Notes under the pieces: model-generated | What the model was told of the DNA's origin: nothing | What the model saw: only the letters and a program-made list of their open reading frames with translations | Databases searched by the model: none | Made by a program: the position numbers and the translations under genes | Part shown: positions 1-14,887 of the stretch, piece after piece | Layout of the letters: each line of letters starts with the position of its first letter | How positions within the stretch are numbered: position 1 is the stretch's first letter | Source: Octopus vulgaris | Taxonomy: Eukaryota | DNA: 64,000 nt | Reading direction: 5' to 3' | Assembly (NCBI GenBank): GCA_951406725.2 | Contig: OX597831.1 | Span: 77,500,001 to 77,564,000, forward strand

Positions 1-13
1 ATAAACTCGTGTA

Positions 14-44
<31 letters not shown>

Positions 45-229
45 GTACAAATATACACGCACATACATCTGTACACACCATACACACACATACACATATA
101 CAGGCACACGCATCCACACACACAAACTCGCACACACACATTCTGACACATACACACATGCATACACTAACACACACACACACATAAAAGTAAACAAGAG
201 AGAAAGAGCCAGGCAGAAACAAGGAAAAT

Positions 230-410
230 GCCACTTGTATTTGAACATTATGCAAATATTCTTTTAAAAAAACTTTCCTGTTAATTTTTCCAAAATTTAA
301 TTCTTTTCCATATTTACAGTTGAAAAAGTCTCAATGGCCGAAACCGGTACTGAAATGGTTTTTTATAAAATTATTTTAGCATTTTCAACCTTGACTTTTT
401 TCCCCATATA
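230..410 (+). mobile_element. Penelope-like pseudo-LTR fragment carrying a U3-A8 variant hammerhead motif
   Basis: cag-TTGAAAA-agtctcaatggcc-GAAA-CCGG-TA-ctg at ~317-352. Same layout and a similar downstream AT-rich tract (tttataaaa...attttcaac) as the 3' end of the Penelope element at 18181-18368. Confidence 0.5.
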
Positions 411-412
411 TA

Positions 413-528
413 TAATCAGCCGAAGTTGCGAGGATGATCCGGTTCTTGACTGAGGATTAGAGGCTTCGAATGACCCGTCCGTTTTTTGTGTCGTCTCTTT
501 GAGTGTTTTACGTTCTTGTCCCATTTTG

Positions 529-540
<12 letters not shown>
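413..540 (+). repeat. Short interspersed repeat (also at ~42545-42680 and ~46535-47005), possibly a Penelope-derived terminus
   Basis: Shared string cagccgaa(g/a)ttgcga(g/a)gat..tc.ggt.ct.gactga.ga...cttcgaatg...cttgtcccattttg in three places, each abutting (TA)n. Confidence 0.6.
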
Positions 541-571
<31 letters not shown>

Positions 572-604
572 CAACTCGTGTGTTCCATTTCAACTTTCTA
601 CACA

Positions 605-644
<40 letters not shown>

Positions 645-647
645 TAT

Positions 648-865
648 ATATTCTTTTTATTCTTTTACTTGTTTCAGTCATTTGACTGCGGCCATGCTGG
701 GGCACCGCCTTTAGTGGAGCAAATCGACCGCAGGACTTATTCTTTGTTAGCCTAGTACTTATTCTATCGGTCTCACTTTAGCCGAACGCTCTGTTACGGT
801 GACGTAAGCACACCACCATCAGTTATCAAGCGATGTTGGAGGGACAAAAGCAGACACACAAACAG

Positions 866-921
<56 letters not shown>

Positions 922-1047
922 GACGGGCTTCTTTCAGTTTCTATTTACAAAAATTCACCCACAAGGCATTGGTCGGCCCGAGGCTATAGTAGAAGACACT
1001 TGCCCAAGGTGCCACACAGTGGGACTGAAACCGGAACCCTGTGGTTG
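648..1047 (-). mobile_element. tRNA-derived SINE family A, 3' part; its head continues at 3333-3375
   Basis: Matches the many other family A copies (gtttcagtcatttgactgcggccatgctgg...internal (CA)n(TA)n...gacacttgcccaaggtgccac...ggaacc.tgtggttg). It stops at the point where the ORF1 element begins. Confidence 0.85.
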
Positions 1048-1307
1048 ACAAACAAGAGCTACTTTATTTCATTAAGATTTGCCATAAAGGCATTACAAAG
1101 AGTAGCTTGCTGGTTGGACATATACATTGATGAGGTGAATGATGAAACAAGGATGATATTGATGAGAGAAGGCAGAAAACGCCCACCGATTTTCTGCTTC
1201 TCTAAAACATTGTTCATTTTTTTCCATCAAAAACGACAATTATTGAACTTAATAGTCCATTACAAATATATATAATAAATTATTCAATACACAGACAATC
1301 TATAAGA

Positions 1308-2585
1308 TCAGTCCTCCTCATCGGAGCCCCCAAGCAAATGACACGCCGCCTGCAGGAAAGCCTGCATCGGTAGGTCGGGCCCCGGAAAGAGGAAAGCAAA
1401 ATCTTCCTTATTACAGGTCACCATGACCTCGAACAGCTTCTTCTGACTCACGACGTCCGCAGCCAGCTGCGGAGGCCAGTCTGGACAGTCTATACAGACC
1501 GAGTCCAATCGTTCTCGGCCTGGAAGACCGTCCAAGCACTTCGCGACAGGCCCTTCCCTGAGATAGAAAACGACGGGTTTCACGTCCTCCTTACGGGGAG
1601 GGGCCTCAGCACACTCTGTCAGTGGTACAATTCCCACTGACAGAGCCTCTCGCTCCGGTGGCAAACCTTCCACCAGAGGGGCATCGGATTCAGTCGGCGG
1701 CACAGCGTTATCCGCCGACCGTCTCTCGTTTCTCTTCCTTCTCTTTCTCCTACTTACGGGTGCGGGAGTCGGATCCTCCACTGGCACACCCGGGGGAGGG
1801 TCCTCCTTTTCTCCTGCAACCTGCGTGTCTGTTGGTGAGCAACTATTGTTGCTCACCTTTCTTTTTCTTCTCGTTGAGGCCGATGCCTCAACGACCTCCG
1901 CTGTTTCTCCCTGCAATGGGAGAGCGTAGGACACCTTCACCTTTCCCTGCTCCAGGACCTTACCACGGCTCCGGGGCAAGTCCTTCTTAATGTGGCCTGA
2001 CTCCAGGCACGAGTGACACATGGGGGGGGGACCCTCAAGTATCACTGGATACCTTGAGCCATCCATTTTTAAAAAGTCAGGGAAAGTCATTTCACCCGCG
2101 GGCACTGGGGTCCTTAGGTTCAAAGTTGCCTTTGCACCCTCCCAGTCGACCGCAGGCTTTATCTCTCTATTTAAAAGCCTGGGCCCGCTATCCCCCAGGC
2201 CCCGCCGGATGGCATCAGCAATCCACCCCGCTTCGGTGCCCGTGGGAAGACCACATACCCAGGCCCTTATCACCTTCTTCCCACGATATGTGGGAACAAG
2301 CAAAATCTCCTCCCATTCCAGGGGCTGGCCTGCCACAGTGCAAGCCTCCTTAGGAGTCTCAAAAAGTAGCCACACCGTGGCGTATTTGACACCCCTGGTC
2401 ACATAATAACTTTTAGCTGGCAAACATTTTGCCAGCTCTTTATTAATAATACCCTTGTCGAAGAGGGCGATGGCGTCACGCGACCTAGAATAGGTCCGTA
2501 GTACCACCGTCCTTCTCTCAAGGCTTTCAATCCATTGCTTAGGTGGGACCACCTCCCATTCTAAGGCACTTTTTGCATTTGCCAT
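1308..2585 (-). CDS. Retrotransposon ORF1 (gag-like nucleic-acid-binding protein: RRM-like region plus degenerate CCHC knuckle)
   Basis: Uninterrupted GC-rich 425-aa ORF. VWLLFETP and VIRAWVCGLP segments resemble L1/Tx1 ORF1. CHSCLESGHIKKDL fits C-X2-C-X4-H-X4-(C>L). A basic/Pro-rich linker follows. Confidence 0.8.
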   Translation of the reverse strand: MANAKSALEWEVVPPKQWIESLERRTVVLRTYSRSRDAIALFDKGIINKELAKCLPAKSYYVTRGVKYATVWLLFETPKEACTVAGQPLEWEEILLVPTYRGKKVIRAWVCGLPTGTEAGWIADAIRRGLGDSGPRLLNREIKPAVDWEGAKATLNLRTPVPAGEMTFPDFLKMDGSRYPVILEGPPPMCHSCLESGHIKKDLPRSRGKVLEQGKVKVSYALPLQGETAEVVEASASTRRKRKVSNNSCSPTDTQVAGEKEDPPPGVPVEDPTPAPVSRRKRRKRNERRSADNAVPPTESDAPLVEGLPPEREALSVGIVPLTECAEAPPRKEDVKPVVFYLREGPVAKCLDGLPGRERLDSVCIDCPDWPPQLAADVVSQKKLFEVMVTCNKEDFAFLFPGPDLPMQAFLQAACHLLGGSDEED

Positions 2586-3017
2586 GTTTAAAAGTCAATT
2601 CAAAAGAAGAAGGAAAGTCCAAATGAATTTACAAGTCCAAAAAGAAATAAAGAAGTCAGTTCAAAATATATGAATAAAATTAAAATTCAAAGGAAACGCA
2701 AAAACAGCTCCAAAAAGAAAGTAAAAAAAACAGAAGGATAGAGGAAAGAAAAACAGTTCACACAGCAAACATCAATGGCCAACAGGTACTCTGGCCAACT
2801 TCGTAGGTTCAATGGTAATCCAACAAGTTTCAATGGCAAAATCCAGTAAGTTCGGGAGAGGATATGCCCCCTTTTTTTCCCAATACAACAAAACAACAAA
2901 CAGCAGCCACCGGCAGCAGGCAGAATTGCCTCGGAGTTGGGTGAAATTTATCAACAAACAAACAATTACTATTTGACAAATTACACCCAGCTCAAACGAA
3001 AACAAAACCACCTACCT

Positions 3018-3246
3018 ATTTCTTTACTACCCACAAGGGGCTAAACACAGAGGGGACAAGCAAGGACAGACAAAGGGATTAAGTCGATTACATCGACCCC
3101 AGTGCGTAACTGGTACTTAATTTATCGACCCCGAAAGGATGAAAGGCAAAGTCGACCTCGGCGGAATTTGAACTCAGAACGTAACAGCAGACGAAATACC
3201 GCAAAGCATTTCGCCCGACGTGCTAACGATTCTGCCAGCTCGCCAC
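3018..3246 (-). mobile_element. tRNA-derived SINE family B (Meta-domain-like core) nested in the 5' UTR of the ORF1 element
   Basis: Reads GGTGGCGAGCTGGCAGAA...GAGTTCAAATTCC...GCCTTTCATCCTTTCGGGGTCGATAAATTAAGTACCAG on the minus strand. 10-bp TSD ccacctacct at 3008-3017 and 3243-3252. Confidence 0.9.
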
Positions 3247-3332
3247 CTACCTTTTTTCTTTCAGTTCAATATTGGACGGAGCCAACACACTCACGTCCAC
3301 TTCGGCTCGCTGTAATAAGCAATACCAACGCG

Positions 3333-3375
3333 CATGTGGAGGAAGCTAGCTACTTACCACACACCCAATCCTTAT
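3333..3375 (-). mobile_element. 5' head of the split family A SINE
   Basis: catgtggaggaagctagctacttaccacacacccaatcc aligns with catgtggttggtaagcaagctacttaccacacagccactcc of intact copies (e.g. 36088-36128). Confidence 0.75.
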
Positions 3376-3615
3376 ATTTGCGTGTGTGTGTGTATATGTT
3401 TGCGCGCGCGTATGCACACAGTGTGAGTCGATTGTTGCTATGATGTCCAAACTACAATGGATAAGGCAAACCTCCTGGATTAGCTTCAAATGAGACGATG
3501 GGGTCATGGCTAGAAGAATATCGAGCTAACTCTGATAACCAGTTGAGCTAGCAAACGGGGCCAGATTTCAGTGAGGGGTTGGGGCGGGGAGGGATGCGCA
3601 ATGATGCTGTCGAGT

Positions 3616-3617
<2 letters not shown>

Positions 3618-3673
<56 letters not shown>

Positions 3674-3818
3674 TATATATACATATATATATATATATAC
3701 ATACATATATATATATATATATATACATACATATATATATATATATATACATACATATATATATATACATATACATACATATATATATATACATATACAT
3801 ACATATATATATATACAT

Positions 3819-3883
<65 letters not shown>

Positions 3884-3900
3884 AAATATATATATATATA
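3618..3900. repeat. (TA)n/(TACA)n compound microsatellite
   Basis: Direct reading. Confidence 0.95.
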
Positions 3901-4017
3901 AAGCAATAAAGATTCAAGTTAATTTAAATGAATTAACTTGAATATGGTACCTAACTTAGATGCACCAAAAGAAAACTATACTGATTTAACAATACAGTAA
4001 TGTGGGGTGATTATAAG

Positions 4018-6471
<2,454 letters not shown>

Positions 6472-6519
6472 CCATTTATATATCATCTAATACGATTTCA
6501 GTATGAAATCGTTTGAAAG

Positions 6520-6765
6520 TTCTGTATGGGGATCATTACATCGAATGTCTGCTGGTTATGGCTTAACATTGCTGTAGGTATTTCGAGGGATAGTTTCCTT
6601 GTATACAATGACAGTAATATCGGGTGACTTAACTCTGCTGTAGGTATTTTGTGGGATAGTTCCTTCCTATACAGTAACTATAACACTGTGTTACTTGGTA
6701 CCAGCGAACATTGAAGTAAGTGTATTGTGGGATAGCAAGTCTTATACTGTGACTGAAACACTAGG
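6520..6765. repeat. Degenerate minisatellite, ~66-bp unit
   Basis: gctgtaggtattt.g.gggatagtt at 6571 and 6637, with a related gggatag...tatactgtgact near 6725. Confidence 0.65.
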
Positions 6766-6894
6766 ATCGCGGTTTCATATAGAACGTTTGATGTGGAGCG
6801 CTGGGCAAATTGCCTTGTGATATTTTGCTCGTGATATTTCAAGTTCTATTGTTACAATAGAACTGGAGGGTTCTTTTACCGAACTAAATGATCC

Positions 6895-7235
6895 CAGGAA
6901 TAATTTTTTTAAAGCTTTGTACTTATTCTATCGTTCTGTTTTGCCTAACCATTAAGTTACTGGGGATGTAAACACACCAACACCAGTTGTCAAGCGATGG
7001 TGAGCGACGAACACAGACACAAGGACACACGCACACACACAAACACACACACACATACATACACATACACACGACGGGCTTCTTTCGTTTTCCGTCTACC
7101 AAATCCACTCTCAAGGCTTTGGTCGGCCTGAGGCTGTAGTAGAAGACACTTGCCCAAGTTGCCACGCAGCGAGACTGAACCCGGAACCATGTGGTTGGGA
7201 AGCAAGCAACTTACCACATAGCCACGTCTGGGCCT
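6895..7235 (-). mobile_element. SINE family A
   Basis: Alignment by eye to other copies. Confidence 0.85.
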
Positions 7236-7429
7236 GTAGTTCAAAATATTTTATCTTTTAGTTTTCTTTGGGATAAAGAACAAATAAATCCTAAGTATCG
7301 GTCGAGGTCCTTGGTAGAATGATAAACGAGATCTTTTGCGGATTTTGTTCCAGCTCTTCACGTTCTGAGTTCGAATCCTGCCGAGTCCAATTTTTTTTCT
7401 TTAATTCATTCTTGAAATTCTATGCACTG

Positions 7430-7700
7430 CCCTTTCCCCCAACCTACCTCACCCTTACAGTAAAAAAATCGTAAAAAATAGGGATTTTCATAGAAAAAAA
7501 AGCACCTTTTTGATGTAAATAATTTTTGGTGTTAACATGGTCCGATTTGAATTTTATCTTCTACGGAATAAAGAGCAAGCCTTCTTCTATCATACTCTCA
7601 ATTTTGCTCAACTTGCGCCGCAGGGTCTCGGAGGAGATAGTGTTAGTTGAAGGCTACCAAACCTGCCATACATAGACAATTTCAGCTTTATATATAGAGA
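7430..7700 (+). mobile_element. Putative non-autonomous Helentron/DINE-like element, 3' part
   Basis: Ends ggaggagat...cata.agacaatttcagctttatatataga, a terminal layout typical of such elements. Judged by resemblance only. Confidence 0.45.
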
Positions 7701-8663
7701 GAGTGTTATACATCTTACACATTTTCAATCTTTTTCAACCAGCAGAGTAACATAGGACATATGAAAGGAAAGTTTTAAAGTTTTATATTACGTACGGCGT
7801 ATGAAACAGGAGCTAACCATAAAGCTGAAAATAAGCAGGGATGTATAGGACAGACAAATGGTTAAAACATTTTGCACCTGTCCAGCACATCAATTCATCT
7901 ATGCTTTACCACGTCCGACGTCTTTGGAAGATTTTGTCAGAGTGCTAAGTAACAACAGGCTGTTAGGCCCTCGGACCTAGCTTCATTTCTTAGAAGCAAG
8001 AAGCATAGATGAATTGTTTGTCTTAACACCTAACGGCATTTGTAATTTAATAAACGGTCCAAGAAAATGGCAGGCAAAGTCGACGCTGCAGGAGTTGAAC
8101 TCATAGGTCGAAGAAAAAGTGCAAAGAATGTCCTGTGTTTTAGAACATCTGTAAATCGACTTTTTAAATAACTTACAGCAATTTGGTGTATAAATACGTA
8201 CAGCCATAAAATTAAATTCAGTGCAATTCAGTGGGCGGTACTAACATATTTAATGATATGACCCCAAAATGCTAAAAATTATTTGAAATTATACCCCACA
8301 CTTGTGGGAATAATTATAATGTTAATTATAAATTTTGGTCATCAAAAGAAGAGGAGGTTTTCTCGGATTTAAATAAGCTACAAAGAGAATAGCAGTACGT
8401 AAATGAACCAGTTCTATTAGAGATCGGATAATTCCAGACACGTTTCGGTTTTATTACAACTTGTCAGTCAAATGTAGTTAAGACAATACTCTCACTTGTT
8501 TGAAGGGATATAATGGTTAATTTTCCATCTGTATCGATCTAGCTGTCATCAACTCACCCAGATCTTTATGAAGTGTACGATGCGAATACGATTCCATCAA
8601 CCACAACAACTCCACCGTTAATCATACACGCGTGTACATATGTGTGTGTGTGATTGTGTGTGT

Positions 8664-8698
<35 letters not shown>

Positions 8699-8879
8699 TG
8701 TGTGTATGAATGTGTGCCTGTGTGTGTATTTATATTTTACCCCTGTCAGTCTCTATAACTAAGAGATACGCTTGTAGGTACATGGGGGTCTTCATGTATG
8801 TATATATGTATGCATGTATGTATGTATACATGCATGTATGAATGTATATGTGTGTGTATATATATATATATATATTTAT

Positions 8880-9250
8880 TAGAGGCTTGCTTCCCAACCA
8901 CACGGTTCCGGGTTTACTCCCACTGTGTGGCACCTTGAGCAAGTGTCTTCTTCTTCTTTTGGCCGACCAAAACCGTGTGAATGGATTTGGTAAACGGAAA
9001 CTGAATGAAGCCCGTCGTATATGTGTGAGTGTGTGTGTGTGCTTGCGTGTTTGTGTGTCTGTGCTTGTCCCTTCACCATCGCTTGACAACCGATGCTTGT
9101 ATGTTTACGTCTAGCGGTTCTGCAAAAGAGGCCGATAAAATAAATGCTAGGCTTACAAAGCATAAGTCCTGGGGTCGATTTGTTCGACTGAAGGAAGTGC
9201 TCCAGCATGGCCGCAACAAATGACTGAAACAAATAAAATAATAAAAGAAT
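8880..9250 (+). mobile_element. SINE family A, followed tail-to-tail by a minus-strand partial copy at ~9263-9500
   Basis: gcttgcttcccaaccacacggttccggg...gactgaaacaaataaaataataaaagaat. Confidence 0.85.
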
Positions 9251-9734
9251 ATATATACATAAGAATTCTTTTATTCTTTTACTTGTTTCAATTATTTGAC
9301 TGTGGCCGAGCTGGAGCACCGCCTTAGACGGGTTTTAGTGGAAGAAATCGACACAAAGACTTATTCTTTGTAAGCCTAGTACTTATTCTATCGCCCCTTT
9401 CGGCCGAACTGCTAAGTTACGAGGACGTAAACACACCAACATCGATTGTCAAGCGATGGTGGGAGGCAAACAAAGACTCACACACACTCAAACATATATG
9501 GATATATGCATGTATAAGTGTATATAGACATATAAACATACACGTCTATGTGTATCTAGGTAGGCACTTATGTATGTGTGAGCTGGGAATAACATTAAAT
9601 GCGTAAGTTTAACATAGATTTAACTTTGTCAACCAGACACTGAGCAGTCAAAGTACGTGGTTCCTTCCGTGACTCACTCTATCTTCCTCTCTCTCACTCA
9701 CTCACTCTATCTCTCTTTCTCTCACTCACTCACT

Positions 9735-9786
<52 letters not shown>

Positions 9787-10158
9787 CTCTCTCTCTCTCT
9801 CTGACTTTCCTTCTCTCTCTCTCTCTCTCTCTCTGTCTTTCCCTCTCTCTCACTCTTTCTCTAGCTCTTTCTACATAAAATAGCTGAGCTTCTGTAGTTT
9901 TGCCTGGTTATTGCCGGCTCATCAAACTTTGTGCGTTCTACAAAAAGAAAGAGAAAGATATACCCGGTGAAAAGAAATGACCGAGAGAGCGAGAGAGAGA
10001 GAAAGAGAGAGGAGGAGGAGAGAGAGATTATGTTATAACTACTTATGAAATGTCACGTGTAACAATCACCCATTTTACGGTGTGTATAAATTTGACTGAT
10101 ACAGTATATATGCGTGCAGATAAGTTGTAAATATATATTTGCATGCGTAAAATTAAAT

Positions 10159-10159
<1 letters not shown>

Positions 10160-10192
<33 letters not shown>

Positions 10193-10332
10193 TATATGGC
10201 CAGTTTGTACAGCAAAGCGAAATGTGTGTACAACCATAAAGTGTACGTTTGTAGACGGATTCACATGTTATGCACACACTTATACGCACACAGGTATATG
10301 GACAAAATAGCATATACACATACATCTATATG

Positions 10333-10370
<38 letters not shown>

Positions 10371-10595
10371 TATACATATATATATATATATATACATATG
10401 TGTGTGTGTATACATATTTATACATTTATTTGTATATATATATATTTATGTGTGTGTGTGTATATCTATATATATATATATACGCATATATATACACATA
10501 CACATGTATCTACATGTACACACACACACATACATATACATACATACATATATACATATATATATATATCTATATATACATATATATATAAATAT

Positions 10596-10654
<59 letters not shown>

Positions 10655-10730
10655 TGTATAATTATATATGTATATATATATGTATAATTATATATGTATA
10701 TATATGTATATATACATATATGTATATATG

Positions 10731-10775
<45 letters not shown>

Positions 10776-10853
10776 GTTATATATGTATATATATATATGT
10801 ATATATATATATGTATATATATATGTATATATATATGTATATATATATATGTA

Positions 10854-10948
<95 letters not shown>

Positions 10949-11294
10949 TCTATATGCATATATATTTACATATACATAAAAATACATACATACATACATA
11001 CATACACAGATGCATATATAGGAGTATGTATATATGTGTATATAATACACAAACATACATACACTCACAATTACACTCCCCCATACACACGCATAGATAT
11101 ATACACATACATACATATATATTCGTGTATATCCATATATATTTACATATACATACAAATATATACGCACAGACGTATATACGTGAGTGTATATAGTAGA
11201 AAATTACACACACACATATATAAGTTATTGCGCATGCGCATTCATACATACGAGTATGTCTATATGTTCGCTTGGATGTCGTTATGTATGTATA

Positions 11295-11380
<86 letters not shown>

Positions 11381-11905
11381 TCTGTGCGTGTATATGTATA
11401 TACATGTATACATGCATATAGGTATGTACGAATGTATGTCAGTGCATATGTATGAACTCTTGGTAGGTGTGTGGTTATGTGTCTTTGTGTGTGTGTGTGC
11501 GTGCGTGTTATTATGTGTGTATGTGTGCTTGTCTGTGTGTTCGTGCGCCTGTGTTTGATGGCTTAAAGACCGGATATTTGCTTATTCGGTAAAAAGGTTT
11601 CATTTCGAATATGGTCGTTTCTCGTTACAGAATTCCTTAATTGCACAGTCAGCGGATTGGAATCACACATACAGTGTCACACAGTGTCACACAGTACATA
11701 TAGCCGCGCGCACACACACGCACACATACACAGACACACAAACAGGCACATACACATACACACATATACACACATACATACATGTAAATATGCATATATA
11801 TGTATATACATATATATATATATATATATGTCATATATATATATACGTATATATATATATATGTTTATATATATGTATGTATGTATATATATATATATAT
11901 GTATG

Positions 11906-11944
<39 letters not shown>

Positions 11945-12003
11945 ATATTATACGTATTTATATACACATACAATGAAACACACTTCTCCACATATATGCA
12001 TAC

Positions 12004-12073
<70 letters not shown>

Positions 12074-12075
12074 TA
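10160..12075. repeat. Compound microsatellite field (TA/CA/TATG/GA)
   Basis: Direct reading; short unique island at ~11540-11690. Confidence 0.9.
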
Positions 12076-12375
12076 GGCGTACACACACATGCGCATGAGC
12101 TGTAATACAGAATGAAACTAGATGTATACGCAACATGCGTACACATAAATGCACGGAATGACACGTGTGGACTAAACACACCCACACATAAAGAAATACT
12201 AAACACTCAGGCAAACGAACAATACAGATACACATATTAAGGTACTAACACACGCATCCATATATTTACATGCATGCAAACACACACATATATATATATA
12301 TTTCAAAATGTAACCACATGTGAATCGTTGGCGATTTCCTCCCTCCATATTCCTTTTCTATTGGACTTTCCTCTG

Positions 12376-12410
12376 CTTCTGAAGAAGAGCGTCTGCTCGA
12401 AACGTTAAAC
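12376..12410 (+). ncRNA. Minimal type I hammerhead ribozyme motif
   Basis: CTGAAGA-A-GAGC-gtct-GCTC-GAAAC-GTT: conserved core, 4-bp stem II, palindromic AACGTT stem III; stem I is weak. Confidence 0.7.
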
Positions 12411-12670
12411 CTTTAAACCACCTTTCTTCCCTTCCCTGAGTATCTGCTAATACTTTACATGTACCACATCCGCACCTAGTTGTTTTGTGTTTTTTATTCT
12501 TTTTTTTGGGATTTACTATATATATATATCTATATATATATCTATATATATATATGCCCAAACATACATGTGTATGTATATACATATGTCTTTCAAAATG
12601 TGACCTCGTGTGTACCGTTGGCGATTTTTTTTCCTCTGTCTTCCCTTCTCTGGATCTTTCCTTCTCCTAT

Positions 12671-12705
12671 GCTTCCGACGAAGAGCTCCGCTCGAAACGT
12701 TAAAC
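12671..12705 (+). ncRNA. Minimal hammerhead motif with a U4>C core change (probably inactive)
   Basis: CCGACGA-A-GAGC-tcc-GCTC-GAAAC-GTT. Confidence 0.6.
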
Positions 12706-12829
12706 CCTCCTTCTTCCCTTCTTTCCTGAGCGTCCAATAATACTATATTTGTTCCACGTCCTCGCGTTGTTGTGTTTTTTTTGTGTTTTCTTGTTTGGAT
12801 TAACTTTATATACATATATATGTCTATAC

Positions 12830-13470
12830 AGACGGTGTCACAGTGTATATTCCTTCTCAGACACATTCATACCGACAGCCAGTACAGGGTACTTGTCAAA
12901 GCTTCCATTCTTTGAATGTCTCGAAAACGATTGCCTCCAACGTTTTCCTTCAGCTTGGAGAAGAACCAAAAGTCACAGGGAACAAAAAGAGGTCTGAACT
13001 GTACGGAAGGTGAGGGATAGCTTTGATGCTCACCTTTGTCAAAGAGTTGGTTGCCAGGGATGAACTTGTACCCTGATACATTGTACTTGTACGGATGCTC
13101 TGTTCTTTTGCGACGACATTTTTCTTGAACACTCTCAAAACCATCACGAAGTAGTCTTTGTTGATCATCTGGCTAGAGGTAACCCATCAGATACAGATGT
13201 CCTTGCTGCTACAGAATGGGGATCATTGTGAGCCTTCCGGTTCATTTATTTTGCTTGGACACTTATGCAGCGAAAAGTGACCAGCAAATTTTAGTAGGGT
13301 CTGTTTCCAAATTCTGTTGCAGCTTCAGCTACGCCTTCAGTCAGGACCAACAAAAGTTCTTGTGTCAGCTTATTAAGTGGTACAGTAATGCCATACGAAA
13401 TTTACGATAAGTTAAGACAGATATAGTTGGCGCTCTTGAAAAGAGTCTCAAAACTTCTGGAATGCAACAC
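12830..13470 (-). mobile_element. Decayed mariner transposase fragments
   Basis: The minus-strand ORF contains SIKAIPHLPYSSDL, resembling the mariner HPPYSPDL motif. Confidence 0.65.
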
Positions 13471-13534
13471 GCACGGACACGCACGCACGCACGCACACAC
13501 ACAAACACATACACACACACACACACACATGTTC

Positions 13535-13792
13535 ATTTATTCTTTTCTTTCTTTCAATCATTTTTTACTGCGCCCATGCTGGGGCACCGCCTTTAGTCGA
13601 ACAAATTGACACCAGGACTTATTTTCTTGTAAGCCTAGAACTTATTCTATCGGTCACTTTCGCCGAACTGCTTGGTTACGGAGCATATATACACACACAC
13701 ACCAACATCGGTTGTCAAGCGATGGACGGTGGGGGGGGGGGGAAGACACAGATAAACAAACATACGCACACACACACACACACATATATATG

Positions 13793-13823
<31 letters not shown>

Positions 13824-13830
13824 CTGTATA

Positions 13831-13874
<44 letters not shown>

Positions 13875-13940
13875 CACGACGAGCTTTTTTCATTTTCAGT
13901 CTACCAAATCTACTCACAAGGATTAAGTCGGCCCGAGGCT
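13535..13940 (-). mobile_element. SINE family A, 5'-truncated
   Basis: Alignment to other copies. Confidence 0.8.
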
Positions 13941-14293
13941 ATATATATATATATATATACTCATAAACACGCATATACACACAAATGCACAAACATAACT
14001 ACATATGTAGATAAGAGATATCACACATGATTACCATGTAATAGCTTTGACATGATATAGCTATCAGATATGATATAATTCGTTGAATATAGTATCGTTT
14101 GGTAATAGTTATATAATGATCACAGCAGTAGATCGGTCAATATACAGTAATATAAATAGTTATAATGTGTGTGTGTGTGTGTGATAGCATGTGTGTGTAT
14201 GTGTACGTGTCTCTGTGGGTGACTGCATGAAGACATGCATATAAACAGGAGTGTGCACTCACACACATGTGTACAAACGTATATCCATAGCTA

Positions 14294-14333
<40 letters not shown>

Positions 14334-14419
14334 TGTGTGTATCGGTATAACTACATTCAAAATGTGTGGTGATGTCTAATCTGTGTATAATCGCACATTA
14401 CACACTCACATATACATTA

Positions 14420-14462
<43 letters not shown>

Positions 14463-14844
14463 TATACATATGTGTGTGTCTATATTCTATATTTATAAAC
14501 ATAATATATATAAAATATAAATAAATAAACTTGCATGTGTGTGTATATGTATCAGTTTATAGCTGTATATATACTTCTGCGCGTGTCTATACACGATTGT
14601 GTTGTTTCTGAAAATCTATATCTATATGTATGTCTCTGTGTGCATGTGTGTGCGAATGTGTGTGCACATACACACACACACATACACACACACATAAACA
14701 CACATTCGCGTTCATATAAGTCTACGTATGTATTTATGTAGCTATGGAAGTATATGTTTCCCCATGTGCGTATATATGTTTGTAAGTACGCATGCCTGTG
14801 TGAGTATGGTGACTCTGTGTGTGTGTCTGTGTATGTGTGTGTGT

Positions 14845-14887
<43 letters not shown>

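Larger units (their letters stand above)
1048..3332 (-). mobile_element. Non-LTR retroelement with ORF1 only (HAL1-like, L1/Tx1-type), inserted in a SINE head
   Basis: Single 425-aa ORF with a ~260-bp 3' UTR ending near AATAAA and a ~510-bp 5' UTR (nested SINE excluded). SINE halves lie on both sides with c(c/a)tgtgg duplicated. Confidence 0.75.
12301..12812 (+). mobile_element. Two related ~220-bp hammerhead-bearing units in tandem (retrozyme/Penelope pLTR-like)
   Basis: Both units start tttcaaaatgt.acc...cgttggcgattt (12301, 12591), and each holds a hammerhead core. An inverted third copy lies at 50465-50678. Confidence 0.75.

Noticed and set aside
1622-2406. Plus-strand ORFs of 99-128 aa
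   Set aside because: Antisense shadows of the GC-rich ORF1.
3102-3443. Recurrent peptides such as MRNWYLIYRPRKDERQSRP and [15 protein letters not shown]
   Set aside because: Translations of multicopy SINEs, not a gene family.
8430-8475. Minus-strand CTGACAA...GAAACGTGTC hammerhead-like motif
   Set aside because: The C3-G8 pair is broken and the stems are weak; at most a dead relic.
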